64,000 bases of DNA, from the NCBI GenBank assembly GCA_964291625.2, contig OZ220090.1, positions 1-64,000 on the forward strand, in the 5' to 3' direction. This document shows positions 28,579 through 38,542 of this stretch, in pieces. Numbering within the stretch: position 1 is the stretch's first letter; every line of letters begins with the position of its first letter. Position numbers and translations under genes: made by a program. The DNA comes from Candidatus Latescibacterota bacterium. Its GTDB lineage: Bacteria; Latescibacterota; UBA2968; UBA8231. The notes beneath the pieces are model-generated. The model was given only the letters and a program-made list of their open reading frames with translations, searched no databases and was not told where the DNA came from.

Positions 28579-28635
28579 CGCGCCGGGACCTGGGCCCGCC
28601 AGCCTGACCGCCCTTCGGCGGCCGAGGAGCCGCGA

Positions 28636-29103
28636 TCAGGGCGCCCCGGGCGGCCCCTCCCCGTCATCCGGGTCGGCGGGCCCCGGGGGCGGAGCGTCCG
28701 GCGCCAGCAGCCGCGGCGCGAGGCCGGCGGCGAAGTCCAGCACGAAGCGCGCGTCGAGTTGTGCCTGCCTGGCCTGCTCCCGGGAGAACTCCGCTTCGAG
28801 GTAGAACGCCGGAGCCCGGTCTCGCGCCAGGTAGGACGAGACCTGCCGGATCCTGTCGATCGTCTCCGGGTCGACGCCCAGTCCCTTGGCCGCTGCGGCC
28901 GCGGCGAAGGCCCCGCCCACGTCATGGAGGCGCGGGTACTCCATGCACATCGCCTTCAGCAGCCCCTTCAGCGACAACTCCACGATCTCCTGGGCCCGCC
29001 GCACCGCCAGGTTCCAACGCTCCCGCTCCCGGCTCCGGTCCAGCTCCTCGGCCAGGAGCCGGGCCTCATCCAACAATCGCCGGGCGATGTCGTGGTTGGT
29101 CAC
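28636..29103 (-). CDS. HEPN domain protein
   Basis: GTG 29103 overlaps the MNT stop. Motifs WNLAVRRAQEIVELSLKGLL, YPRLHDV, LARDRAPAFY and FSREQA. Confidence 0.85.
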   Translation of the reverse strand: MTNHDIARRLLDEARLLAEELDRSRERERWNLAVRRAQEIVELSLKGLLKAMCMEYPRLHDVGGAFAAAAAAKGLGVDPETIDRIRQVSSYLARDRAPAFYLEAEFSREQARQAQLDARFVLDFAAGLAPRLLAPDAPPPGPADPDDGEGPPGAP

Positions 29104-29609
29104 AGCTCGACCACCTCGCCCGGCGCCCAGTCCGGCTTGAGGTCCCAGTGCCAGGAGCCGTCGGCGTGGGTCACCTTGCGGGTACCCAGCTCGTCCATGC
29201 GCTGGCGCAGACGTTCCATGCGGTCCCGCAGGGGGCCGGAGTCGTAGAGCACGATGCCGTGGTCCAGGATGTCGAGGAGGATCAGCGGACGCGCCTCCAG
29301 GTCCCGCGCGGTCATGAAGACCGGGTAGGGGTCGGGACGCAGGCCCCGGCCGCGCAAGCGGGTCGCGACCGGACCGGCCTCGAGTTCGTGGAGGAGGCGC
29401 ACGAAGCGCGGCATCGTGTCGGTGACGACCCGGGCGACGACGACCAGCAGGTCGATGTCGCTGTCCGGACGGGCCTCGGCGCGGGCCACCGAGCCGAAGA
29501 GAGCGCAGCCGAGCACCCGCTCCCTGGAGTGGTGGTCCCGCAGGCGCCCGAGCAGAAGCTGGAGGTACTCGCGGTAGTCGTCGTAGCCGATGTGGGACCG
29601 GTTGCTCAT
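29100..29609 (-). CDS. Minimal nucleotidyltransferase (MNT)
   Basis: ATG 29609 overlaps the oppF stop (ATGA). LFGSVARAEARPDSDIDLLVV is the polymerase-beta NTase motif. Confidence 0.88.
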   Translation of the reverse strand: MSNRSHIGYDDYREYLQLLLGRLRDHHSRERVLGCALFGSVARAEARPDSDIDLLVVVARVVTDTMPRFVRLLHELEAGPVATRLRGRGLRPDPYPVFMTARDLEARPLILLDILDHGIVLYDSGPLRDRMERLRQRMDELGTRKVTHADGSWHWDLKPDWAPGEVVEL

Positions 29610-30619
29610 CGCGTCGGTGGAGGAATGGCGTCGCCATCGACGAGGTGGCAGCGCGCCAGACCGCCGCCGGAAACGTAGGACATGGGCGGCTCCTCCTCCA
29701 CGCACCGCGGCTCCACCAGCGGACAGCGGCCGCAGAACTTGCAGCCCTCGGGCGAGTCGGCCGGGTTCGGCGTGTCGCCCTCGAGGATCTCGCGCTCGAC
29801 CCGGGCCCGGGGGTCGGCGGCGGGGATCGCCGACAGCAGGGAGCGCGTGTAGGGGTGGCGGGGCTCGGCGAAGAGGCGTCGGCTCTCGGCTAGCTCCATG
29901 ATCTGACCCAGGTACATCACCGCGATGCGGTCGCAGATGCGCTCGAGCACGCTGAGGTCGTGGGCGACGATGATGTAGGTGAGGCCCTCCGCCTGCTGCA
30001 GGTCGAGGAGCAGGTTGAGGATCTGGGCCCGCACCGAGACGTCGAGGGCCGACACGGGCTCGTCCAGCATGAGCAGGCGCGGCTTGAGGGCCAGGGCCCG
30101 GGCGATGCCGATGCGCTGGCGCTGGCCGCCGCTGAAGGCGTGGGGGTAGCGGTTCATGTGGCCCGCGTTCAGCCCCACGCGCTCCAGCAGCCCCGCCACC
30201 CGGTCGGTGAGCTCGCCGCCGCCGCCGAGTCCGCGGATGATCAGGGGCTCGGCGACGATGTCGCGCACCGTCATGCGCGGGTCGAGGGCGGAGTAGGGGT
30301 TCTGGAAGACGTACTGCATCCGGGCCCGCAGCACCTTCAGTCCCTCCGCGTCGAGGCTCCGGACGTCCATCCAGCCCTCCGGCCCCCGGTACTCCACCGT
30401 TCCCGCCGTCGGCTCGATGGCCCGGATGACGCTGCGGATCGTCGTCGTCTTGCCGCAGCCGCTCTCGCCGGCCAGGCCGAGGATCTCGCCTTGGTGGACG
30501 TCGAGGTCGACGCCGTCCACGGCCTTGACCACGCCCACCGGCCGGCGGATCAGCCCCTTGAGGACGGGGAAGTGGGTCTTGAGCCCCCGGACCTTCAGGA
30601 CCACGTCAGGAGCGGGCAT
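29606..30619 (-). CDS. oppF: Oligopeptide/dipeptide ABC transporter ATP-binding protein (OppF-like)
   Basis: Motifs GESGCGKTT, FSGGQRQRIGIARAL, DEPVSALD, HPYT and a Cys-rich C-terminus. Confidence 0.93.
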   Translation of the reverse strand: MPAPDVVLKVRGLKTHFPVLKGLIRRPVGVVKAVDGVDLDVHQGEILGLAGESGCGKTTTIRSVIRAIEPTAGTVEYRGPEGWMDVRSLDAEGLKVLRARMQYVFQNPYSALDPRMTVRDIVAEPLIIRGLGGGGELTDRVAGLLERVGLNAGHMNRYPHAFSGGQRQRIGIARALALKPRLLMLDEPVSALDVSVRAQILNLLLDLQQAEGLTYIIVAHDLSVLERICDRIAVMYLGQIMELAESRRLFAEPRHPYTRSLLSAIPAADPRARVEREILEGDTPNPADSPEGCKFCGRCPLVEPRCVEEEPPMSYVSGGGLARCHLVDGDAIPPPTR

Positions 30620-31643
30620 GGGCTGCCGCCTCCGTGCGGTAGCAGCGGGCGCTGTGCCCGTCGCCGACCGCCGCCGGGGGAACGGGCCGCGGGCGGTCGC
30701 AGAGGCCGGCCTCGAAGAGGTCGCACCGCGGGCCGAAGGCGCATCCCGGCGGCACCTCCCGCGGGTCGGGCACGGTCCCCCGGATCGCCGGGAAGCGCTC
30801 CTTGTGGCGCTGCCCCGGCTGGGGGATGCTCCTCAGCAAGCCCTGGGTGTAGGGGTGGGCGGGCGTCTCGAAGATGCGCTCCACCGGACCCTCCTCGACG
30901 ATGCGGCCCATGTACATCACGTTCACCCGCGAGCAGAAGCCGGCCACGACGCCGAGGTCGTGGGTGATGAGCAGCACCGCCAGGTCGAGGGAAGCCCGCA
31001 GCTGCCCCAGCAACTCCATGATCTGGGCCTGGATGGTCACGTCCAGGGCCGTGGTCGGCTCGTCGGCGATGAGCAGGGCCGGCCGGCAGGCGAGGGCCAT
31101 GGCGATCATCACCCGCTGCAGCTGGCCGCCCGAGAGGTTGTGCGGGTAGAGGCGGGCCACCCGGGCCGGCTCCGGGATCCCCACCTGCTCCAGCAGCTCC
31201 TCGGCCTCGGCGTGGGCCCGGGCCCGGCTCCTGTCCTGGTGCAGCCAGATCACCTCGGCCACCTGGTGGCCGACGCTGAAGACCGGCGACAGGGAGCTCA
31301 TCGGCTCCTGGAAGACCATGGCCACGTCGTTGCCGCGGATCTCCTGGAGGCGCCGGCTCCCCGGGTCTAGGCGGGCCAGGTCCGTGGGCGGCGCCCCCCG
31401 CGGCTGGTAGAGGCGGATCGAGCCCGCCAGCCGGGCCGGGGGCTCGCGCAGCAGCCGCAGGACGCTCATGGCGGTGACGCTCTTGCCCGAGCCGCTCTCT
31501 CCCACCAGACCCACGGCCTCGCCGCGGTGGACCACGAGGTCGACCCCCTGGATGACGTCGACGCCGCCGTCGAGGGTGTCGAAGGAGAGGTTCAGGTCCT
31601 CGATCTCGAGGACCGCCTCGCGTGCGTCGGGGGGCGCGGTCAT
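30606..31643 (-). CDS. oppD: Oligopeptide/dipeptide ABC transporter ATP-binding protein (OppD-like)
   Basis: ATG 31643 ([14 protein letters not shown]). Motifs [33 protein letters not shown] and HPYTQGLL. Confidence 0.93.
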   Translation of the reverse strand: MTAPPDAREAVLEIEDLNLSFDTLDGGVDVIQGVDLVVHRGEAVGLVGESGSGKSVTAMSVLRLLREPPARLAGSIRLYQPRGAPPTDLARLDPGSRRLQEIRGNDVAMVFQEPMSSLSPVFSVGHQVAEVIWLHQDRSRARAHAEAEELLEQVGIPEPARVARLYPHNLSGGQLQRVMIAMALACRPALLIADEPTTALDVTIQAQIMELLGQLRASLDLAVLLITHDLGVVAGFCSRVNVMYMGRIVEEGPVERIFETPAHPYTQGLLRSIPQPGQRHKERFPAIRGTVPDPREVPPGCAFGPRCDLFEAGLCDRPRPVPPAAVGDGHSARCYRTEAAAHARS

Positions 31644-31645
31644 CG

Positions 31646-32746
31646 TCAGTCGGTGTACGGGTCGGCGGCGTCGCGGAAGGCGTCGCCGAGGAAGTTGAAG
31701 CAGAGGACGACGACGACGATGAAGAGCGCCGGCGTCAGCAGCCAGGGGTGGAAGTAGAGGGTGGTGAGGTTGCGGCCGTCCTGCAGCAGGACGCCCCAGC
31801 TCGTCATCGGGGGGCGGATCCCCAGGTTGAGGAAGGAGAGGGCGCTCTCGGCGAGGATCATGGTGGGCACGGCGATGGTGGCGACGACGATGATCTCGCC
31901 CATGACGCCCGGGATCAGGTGGCGGAAGATGATGCGCTTGTGGCTCGCCCCCATGAGCACCGCGGCGGCGACGAACTCCTCGCTGCGCAGGGAGAGGACC
32001 TTGCCGCGGACGATGCGGGCCAGCGAGGTCCAGCCCAGCAGGGAGAGGATGAGGGTGATCATGAAGTAGCTGGTCACCTGGTCGATGTCCGGCGGGATCG
32101 CCGCCGACAGGGCCATCCACAGGGGGATCTGCGGGAAGGCGCGCAGCATCTCCACCGTGCGCTGCAGCAGCTCGTCGATCCAGCCTCCGAAGTAGCCGGA
32201 GGTGACCCCGAGGACGGCGCCGAGGAGGACGCTGATGGTGACGCCCACGAGGCCGATGGTCAGGGAGATCCGCGCCCCGTAGAGGATGCGCGAGAAGAGG
32301 TCGCGGCCCTGGCGGTCGGTGCCGAAGAGGAACAGCCCCTCCCCGGGCGGGGCGTCGACGCCGAAGAGGTGGAGGTCGGTCCGCAGGCCCAGGAAGGAGT
32401 GCTCGTCGCCGCGGGCGAAGAGCCGGAAGGGGTGGATGCGCTCCGGGTCGGGCGCGTAGAGGGTGCGGCCGCTGCGCTCGTCGACGCTCGTCTTCAGGCC
32501 GTAGGCGAAGGGCGGCCAGTGGAAGCCCTCCGCGGTGAACAGGTGCAGGCCCTGGGGCGGCACGTAGGCGCGGCGGGCGAAGCGGTGGTCGGGCCCGTAG
32601 GGGGCCAGGAACCCGGAGAGCAGGGTCACCAGGTAGAGGAGGCCGAGGACGACGCCGGAGGCCAGGGCCACCCGGTTCCGGCGGAAGCCGATCCAGGCCA
32701 GCTTCCACTGGCCCGCCGTGGAGAGGCTGTCCCGGGGCTCACTCAA
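31646..32746 (-). CDS. oppC: ABC transporter permease (OppC-like)
   Basis: Motifs LFGTDRQGRDLFSRILYGARISL, the EAA loop EFVAAAVLMGAS, and ESALSFL. Confidence 0.93.
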   Translation of the reverse strand: MSEPRDSLSTAGQWKLAWIGFRRNRVALASGVVLGLLYLVTLLSGFLAPYGPDHRFARRAYVPPQGLHLFTAEGFHWPPFAYGLKTSVDERSGRTLYAPDPERIHPFRLFARGDEHSFLGLRTDLHLFGVDAPPGEGLFLFGTDRQGRDLFSRILYGARISLTIGLVGVTISVLLGAVLGVTSGYFGGWIDELLQRTVEMLRAFPQIPLWMALSAAIPPDIDQVTSYFMITLILSLLGWTSLARIVRGKVLSLRSEEFVAAAVLMGASHKRIIFRHLIPGVMGEIIVVATIAVPTMILAESALSFLNLGIRPPMTSWGVLLQDGRNLTTLYFHPWLLTPALFIVVVVLCFNFLGDAFRDAADPYTD

Positions 32747-33722
32747 GGCGGATCCTCGGGTCGACGAGGGCCAGGAGGATGTCGGCCACGAGGTTGCCCA
32801 GCAGGAGGAGCACCGCCAGCAGCATGAGGAAGGTGCCGGCCAGGTACATGTCCTGCGTCTCCAGGGCGCGGTAGAACAGGGGGCCCGTGGTCGGCAGGCC
32901 CAGGACGATGGAGACGATGATCGAGCCCGAGACGAGCTGCGGGATCTGCAGACCCATGATGCTGATCATCGGGTTGATCGCCACGCGCACGGCGTACTTG
33001 TAGATCACCCAGCGCTCGGCCAGCCCCTTGGCGCGGGCCGTGGTGATGTAGGGGCGGCCGAGGACGTCGAGCATGCTCGTGCGCATGAGGCGGGTCATCG
33101 TCGCCGTGCCCGCGGCGCCGATGACGACGACCGGGATCCACAGGTGGCGCAGCAGGTCCCACACCCGGTCCAGGCTCCAGGGGGCGTACTTGTACTCCGG
33201 CGAGAACAGGCCTCCGGCGCTGCCCCCGAACCAGAACACGGAGGCGTACATCGCCACCAGGGCGATGACGAAGTTGGGGACGCAGAGGCCGATGAAGGCG
33301 ACGAAGGTCAGGGCGTAGTCGCCCGCCGAGAGGCGGTGGCGGGCCGAGTAGATGCCGATGGGGATGGCCACGGCCCACATGAACAGCAGCGACCCGAGGG
33401 ACATGACGAAGGTCAGGCCGAGGCGCTCGCCGATGAGGTCGGCCACCGGCCGGCGCCACTCGAAGGAGTAGCCGAAGTCCCCCTGCAGGCAGCCCCCGAT
33501 CCAGTAGACGTACTGCTTCCACAGGGGCTCGTCGAGGTGGTACTGCTCGCGCAGGGCGTCGAAGGCCTGCTGGTCGGCGCGGGACTCGCTCTCGGCCAGC
33601 TGCGCCTGCAGGGAGTCGAAGAAGTCGCCCGGGGGCAGCTGGATGATGACGAAGGTCAGGATCGAGATGACGAACAGGGTCGGCACCAGCCGCAGGAGCC
33701 GCCGCAGGATGTAGGTCGCCAT
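32739..33722 (-). CDS. oppB: ABC transporter permease (OppB-like)
   Basis: Motifs YILRRLL, PGD, GDFGYSF and YITTARAKGL. Confidence 0.93.
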   Translation of the reverse strand: MATYILRRLLRLVPTLFVISILTFVIIQLPPGDFFDSLQAQLAESESRADQQAFDALREQYHLDEPLWKQYVYWIGGCLQGDFGYSFEWRRPVADLIGERLGLTFVMSLGSLLFMWAVAIPIGIYSARHRLSAGDYALTFVAFIGLCVPNFVIALVAMYASVFWFGGSAGGLFSPEYKYAPWSLDRVWDLLRHLWIPVVVIGAAGTATMTRLMRTSMLDVLGRPYITTARAKGLAERWVIYKYAVRVAINPMISIMGLQIPQLVSGSIIVSIVLGLPTTGPLFYRALETQDMYLAGTFLMLLAVLLLLGNLVADILLALVDPRIRLE

Positions 33723-33731
33723 GGCCCGCTC

Positions 33732-35669
33732 TCAGCGCCCGGCCCCGGCGCTGCGGCTGAAGAAGGTCTCGGGGTTGAGGTACCCCGGGGTCATGGTGAC
33801 CCAGGAGGAGATCGCCCTCTCCGGGACGTTGCCGAAGTCGTCGCTCAGCACGCCGATCTGCGATCCCTGGGTCACCAGCGGGATGACCCACATGTTCTCG
33901 GCGTGGTTGCCGATCACCTCGCGCCACAGCCGCTGCCGCTCGGCGCGGTCCACGGTGACCGACATGATACCCTGGATCTCCTGGAGGCGTCTGGCCTCGG
34001 GCGGCGGCTCGGCGCCGCGGCGGGCGCCGCTGAGGTACCAGCGCGCCCAGTGGTGGGCCCATTCCGCCCACAGGCTGGTGGCGAACCAGCGGGGCGAGCT
34101 CAGCAGCGGAAAGGTCGCCTCGGCGCCGACGATGCCGATCATGTGCTCGCCGTTCTGGGTGACCCGCTGGTGGTAGAGGGTCCTCTCCTCCGGCTTCAGG
34201 GCCGTCTGGACCCCCACCTCCTCCCACTGGGAGCGGACGATCTCCACGGCGTCCATGTCCGGCCCCTCGACGACCATGAGCTCGAGGATCAGGCTCACGC
34301 GCTCGCCGTCGGGCCCCAGGCGGAAGCCGGCGTCGTCGCGGCGGTCGAGACCGATCGAGTCGAGCAGGGCCCGGGCGCGCTCCGGGTCGTAGCGGGTGTA
34401 GTCGGGCGCCTCCGGCACCTCCACGTAGTCCGGGGCCGAGGGGTGCAGGGCCATGGGCGTGATCCGTCCCGAGCCGCCGTAGCACAGTCGGTTGATCAGC
34501 CCCCGGTCGATGGCCAGCGACAGGGCGATGCGCAGATGGCGGTTCTTCAGCAGCTCGCGGACCACGGGATCGCCGGGGTACTCCAAGTTGGGCATGATCC
34601 CCCGGATGCCGGGGGCGTCGTACTCGATGATGCGGTAGCCGCGCTCCCCGGTGAAGGAGCGCAGCAAGGGCAGGTCCTCGCGGTTGAAGTGGCGAAACTG
34701 CATCTGCAGGGCGCCGGTGACCGCCCGGAAGTTGATCATCTCCCGGTTGAGGAAGATCTCCATGCGGATGCGGTCGAGGTAGGGGAGCTGGTTGCCCGCC
34801 GGGTCGACCTTCCAGTAGTAGGGGTTGCGCTCGGCCAACAGGTGGCTTCCCGGTTTCCACTCGGCCACGCGCCAGGCGGACATGACCGGGCGCTCGGGGT
34901 TGAAGTCGTTGGCCTTCTGCTCGAAGAGGGAGTACCCGGCCAGGTCGTCGGCGCCCGCCGCCGGCAGGTAGGGCTCCAGGTAGTGGCGGGGGGCGAAGAA
35001 CCCGGCGCGCTCGAAGACCAGGGGCCACTGGTTGCCCTTGAAGGCGAGGTACTTCACCGCCAGCGGGTAGGGCCTGGCGAAACGCAGCTCCACGGTGAAG
35101 CTGTCGATGCGGGCCAGCTCCATGGGCTCGTCGTCGGGGGTCCAGTAGCGGGGCACGGCGCCGCTGAGGTTGGGGTCGCGGGCGATCTTCTCCCACCAGA
35201 ACAGCACGTCGTCGGCCGAGAACGGATGGCCGTCCGACCAGCGCAGGCCCCGGCGCAGGTGCAGGCGCAGGGTGCGGTCGCCGTCGGCGTACTCCCAGCG
35301 CTGCACGAGCCCCGGGCCGACCTCGAGGCCGCCCTCCTCGCCGGCGCGCCAGCGGACCATCTGCTCGTAGACGCAGCGGCCGTAGGCGTGGAAGTCGCTG
35401 GAGCCGCGCATCATGCGGTGCCAGGTGCCGCCGTAGCGGCCGATCTCGTGGGCCGGGGTCACCACCATCGGCTCCGGCGGCAGGCGCTCGGCCAGCGGCG
35501 GCAGCTCGCCGCGCCGGACCGCCTCCTCGAGCATCGGCGCCTGGCGGTAGGGTATCGCCGCGGCTTCCGGCGCCGGCGCCAGCAGCAGGCATGCCATGAC
35601 GGGCAGGCGCACCCGCAGGGCGCCGCACGGTCTGCTACCCCGCCGGATATCCGCAGTGCTCACCGGCAA
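33732..35669 (-). CDS. oppA: ABC transporter substrate-binding protein, family 5 (start uncertain; GTG 35612 or ATG 35597 are possible)
   Basis: Motifs GELPPLAERLP, IGRYGG, LRRGLRWSDGHPFSADDVLF, RNPYYWKVDPAGNQLPYLD and ALSLAIDR. Confidence 0.9.
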   Translation of the reverse strand: MPVSTADIRRGSRPCGALRVRLPVMACLLLAPAPEAAAIPYRQAPMLEEAVRRGELPPLAERLPPEPMVVTPAHEIGRYGGTWHRMMRGSSDFHAYGRCVYEQMVRWRAGEEGGLEVGPGLVQRWEYADGDRTLRLHLRRGLRWSDGHPFSADDVLFWWEKIARDPNLSGAVPRYWTPDDEPMELARIDSFTVELRFARPYPLAVKYLAFKGNQWPLVFERAGFFAPRHYLEPYLPAAGADDLAGYSLFEQKANDFNPERPVMSAWRVAEWKPGSHLLAERNPYYWKVDPAGNQLPYLDRIRMEIFLNREMINFRAVTGALQMQFRHFNREDLPLLRSFTGERGYRIIEYDAPGIRGIMPNLEYPGDPVVRELLKNRHLRIALSLAIDRGLINRLCYGGSGRITPMALHPSAPDYVEVPEAPDYTRYDPERARALLDSIGLDRRDDAGFRLGPDGERVSLILELMVVEGPDMDAVEIVRSQWEEVGVQTALKPEERTLYHQRVTQNGEHMIGIVGAEATFPLLSSPRWFATSLWAEWAHHWARWYLSGARRGAEPPPEARRLQEIQGIMSVTVDRAERQRLWREVIGNHAENMWVIPLVTQGSQIGVLSDDFGNVPERAISSWVTMTPGYLNPETFFSRSAGAGR

Positions 35670-35820
35670 ATGGAATCTCTCCAGCGATCAGGAATCGAAG
35701 GGCGTGAACATAGGCAGGAAATCGGCTGCCTGCCCGTGCGGGTCCCGGTGCCTTCACGCTTGCACGGGCCGGCGCCCCGGGCGAGCTTGATCGCCGCCCC
35801 ATCATCAAAGGAGCCAGCCA

Positions 35821-37077
35821 ATGAGACGTCGGCATTTCCTCGGCGCCCTCGGAAGCTCACTCGCCGCCTCGGCGGCCCTCGGCCCGCTGCCGCTGCTGGC
35901 CGCCGCCCTCGACAGCCGCCACCTCGTGGCCACGCCGGAGGCCCGGGCCCGCTACCTGGCCCGCATGCTCGACATGCTGTGCACGGGCTTCGGCCCGCGC
36001 TACGCCGGCAGCGAGGACTACGACCTCTCCGCCGAGCTGATCCGCCGGGAGCTGGCCCTGGCCGTGCCGCAGACCGAGCTCGACTGGTTCGAGTTCCGCG
36101 GCTGGCGCCTGGTGGAGGAGCCCGTGTTCTACTGCGGCGGCCGCAGCCTGGAGTGCTACCCCGCCTTCGGCAGCGCCTGGCCCCCGGAGCAGGGGGCCCG
36201 CGGGACCCTGAAGGCCGGGGAAGAGGAGGGGGGCGTCCCCTTCGCCATCGTCGATCCCGCGTCGGGAAAGGCGGCGGCCCACGTGACGATCAGCGCCTAC
36301 GGCCGGGCGGTGACCGGCGCCATCTCGCCCGAACACGAGAGCGCCTCCATCCCCCGGGTGTGCGTCGGCAAGCAGGACGTCTCCTTCCTCCGGCAGGCCG
36401 CCGCCGAGGGTGCGGGGGCGCGCCTGCACTTCAAGGCGGAGTTCGTCCCCGGCGCCCGCACCTGCAACATCGTCGGCACCCTCCCCGGCGAGACGGAGGA
36501 GGAGATCCTCGTCTTCGCCCACGCCGACACCCAGTACAACACGCCGGGGGCCAACGACAACACCGCCTCCCTCATCGTCGTGCTCATGCTCGCCCACGCC
36601 GTCTCGGGCACCCGCCCCAGGCGCACCCTGACCTTCATGGGCACCGGCGCCGAGGAGTACAACCTGCTGGGGGCCCTGCACTACGCCGTCCGGAGAGAGG
36701 CCGAGGGCACCCTCGACCGCATCCGCTTCTGCGTCAACTTCGACTCCCTCACCTACGGCCCCAACCTCTACGTGCACACCGACGACCCCGAGCTGGTGCG
36801 GGTCATGGACGCCATCCAGGACGACCTGCGCCCCCACAACCGGTTCGATCCGGCCTATCCGATCGCCTTCGAGTACCAGGACTTCATCCGCGGCGAGGCC
36901 CGGATCTTCAGCGACGCCGGGGCCCGCACCATCGACCTCAACAGCCGCGGCTACGACGAGGAGCAGCTGCCCCTGTGGCACCGCCCCGAGGACACGGCCG
37001 AGACGGTGCCCCTCGACTGCGTGGAGAACAGCTTCCGGGTCTTCGACGAGTACCTGCGGCGGATCCAGAGGCTGTAG
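35821..37077 (+). CDS. M28 family metallopeptidase with Tat signal
   Basis: MRRRHFLG twin-Arg signal. Motifs [28 protein letters not shown] and WHRPED. Paralog of 27445..28578. Confidence 0.88.
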   Translation: MRRRHFLGALGSSLAASAALGPLPLLAAALDSRHLVATPEARARYLARMLDMLCTGFGPRYAGSEDYDLSAELIRRELALAVPQTELDWFEFRGWRLVEEPVFYCGGRSLECYPAFGSAWPPEQGARGTLKAGEEEGGVPFAIVDPASGKAAAHVTISAYGRAVTGAISPEHESASIPRVCVGKQDVSFLRQAAAEGAGARLHFKAEFVPGARTCNIVGTLPGETEEEILVFAHADTQYNTPGANDNTASLIVVLMLAHAVSGTRPRRTLTFMGTGAEEYNLLGALHYAVRREAEGTLDRIRFCVNFDSLTYGPNLYVHTDDPELVRVMDAIQDDLRPHNRFDPAYPIAFEYQDFIRGEARIFSDAGARTIDLNSRGYDEEQLPLWHRPEDTAETVPLDCVENSFRVFDEYLRRIQRL

Positions 37078-37101
37078 CGGCGGACCGGCCGGGGCCGGCC
37101 G

Positions 37102-37130
37102 TTGATGTGGGGCGCCCTCCGGCGTAACAT
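37102..37130 (+). promoter_or_regulatory. Putative sigma70-type promoter
   Basis: TTGATG-17 nt-TAACAT, 30-40 nt upstream of the AGE-family gene start. Confidence 0.45.
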
Positions 37131-37160
37131 GCCCCCGGCAACCGTTCCCGCATCGCGGAG

Positions 37161-38513
37161 ATGGCCGTCATGAAGCGACGCGACCTCCTCAAAGGGCTGA
37201 TCCTCGCGCCCGTGGCCGATCTCGCCCCGGTCCTGAAGGTAGAAGCCGCCGCCTCCACCTCCGCCGCGGCCTCTGCGGAGCCGGGCGTGAGGCCGTCCAC
37301 GGCGGGCCTGCGCTCGCGGATCGCCGGCATGAGCCTCGAGGCCCTCCGCGAGCGGTACCGCAGCGACCTCTTCGACGACTACCTGCCCTTCTGGGAGCGG
37401 ACCGGCTTCGACTTCGAGCGGGGCGGCTTCATGTGCGCCGTCGACCACGACGGCACCCAGGTGAACACCGACAAGCACATGTGGTACCAGGGGAGGGGGA
37501 TGTGGACCCACGCCTTCGCCTACAACCACTTCGGCGGCGAGATCCACCTCGAGATGGCGCGCAAGACCCGCGATTTCATCCTGCGCCACGGCATGGACGC
37601 CGACGGCAACTGGGTCCGGACCCTCGACCGCGAGGGCGGCCACAAGGGCGGCGCCGACCGCATGGGCTATACCGCCCTCTTCATCGCCGAGGGGCTCCAG
37701 GAGTACGCCGGGGCCGCCGGGGACGAGGAGTCGATGGACCTGGCCGTCGAGAGCTTCTGGAAGGGGGCGAGGCTCTACGACGATCCGCGGCGGGACGTGG
37801 GACAGGGCTACCTGCCGGTCAGCTACCCCGGGATGCGCATCCAGGGCTTCGAGATGGTCACCATCGTGCTGCTGACCCAGCTGCTGCAGAAGCGCGCCGA
37901 CCCGAAGCTGGAGGCGCGGCTTGCCCACGCGGTGGAAGTCGTCATGGAGCGGTTCTGGAACCCCGAGTACCGCCTCAACAACGAGGCCCTGAACCACGAC
38001 TACGAGCGCCCCGACGACGACAACGAGGACTATGTCTACCTGGGCCACGCCATCGAGACCTTCTGGATGATCCTCCACGAGGCGCTGCGCCGCGGCGACC
38101 GGGCTCTCTTCGACCTCGCCGCGGAACGCATGAGGCGGCACATGGAGGTCGCCTGGGACGATGTCTACGGCGGCTTCTTCCGCGCCATGGAAGTCCACGG
38201 ATCGTTCACCTTCGACAAGGTCCTGTGGCTCCAGGAAGAGGTCCTCATCGGCACGATGATCCTTCTCGAGCACACCGACCTCGAGTGGCCCGAGCGGTGG
38301 TTCGGCCGCACCTTCCGCTACGTTCAGGAGAAGTTCCCGCTGAAACCCCACGGCTACCCCATGTGGATCATGGGAGGGGACCGCAAGGTCACCTTCCGGC
38401 CCCGCACCTCGCGCAAGGGCAACTACCACCACCCCCGGCACCTGATGCTCAACCTCCTCGCCCTCGACCGCATGATCGCACGCGGCGGCGGCGTGAGCGA
38501 CGTCTGGCAGTAG
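37161..38513 (+). CDS. AGE family (N-acylglucosamine 2-epimerase-like) epimerase/isomerase with Tat signal
   Basis: MKRRDLLKG twin-Arg signal (the start may be 37170). Motifs YLPFW, DKHMWYQGR, GHAIETFW, WDDVYGG, KVLW and KGNYHHPR. Confidence 0.88.
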   Translation: MAVMKRRDLLKGLILAPVADLAPVLKVEAAASTSAAASAEPGVRPSTAGLRSRIAGMSLEALRERYRSDLFDDYLPFWERTGFDFERGGFMCAVDHDGTQVNTDKHMWYQGRGMWTHAFAYNHFGGEIHLEMARKTRDFILRHGMDADGNWVRTLDREGGHKGGADRMGYTALFIAEGLQEYAGAAGDEESMDLAVESFWKGARLYDDPRRDVGQGYLPVSYPGMRIQGFEMVTIVLLTQLLQKRADPKLEARLAHAVEVVMERFWNPEYRLNNEALNHDYERPDDDNEDYVYLGHAIETFWMILHEALRRGDRALFDLAAERMRRHMEVAWDDVYGGFFRAMEVHGSFTFDKVLWLQEEVLIGTMILLEHTDLEWPERWFGRTFRYVQEKFPLKPHGYPMWIMGGDRKVTFRPRTSRKGNYHHPRHLMLNLLALDRMIARGGGVSDVWQ

Positions 38514-38523
38514 AGCGTCCGTC

Positions 38524-38541
38524 CCGGCCGGGCCCGGCCGG
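38524..38541. terminator. Perfect 18-bp palindrome between convergent genes (possible bidirectional terminator hairpin)
   Basis: CCGGCCGGG-CCCGGCCGG, with no U-tract. Confidence 0.35.
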
Positions 38542-38542
38542 C

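Noticed and set aside
10579-37098. Short GGCCGGGGCC-core hairpins after genes (10579-10596, ~37085-37098) as a REP-like family
   Set aside because: There are too few copies and they are too short in ~70% GC DNA. They may be weak terminators, but are not supportable as a repeat family.
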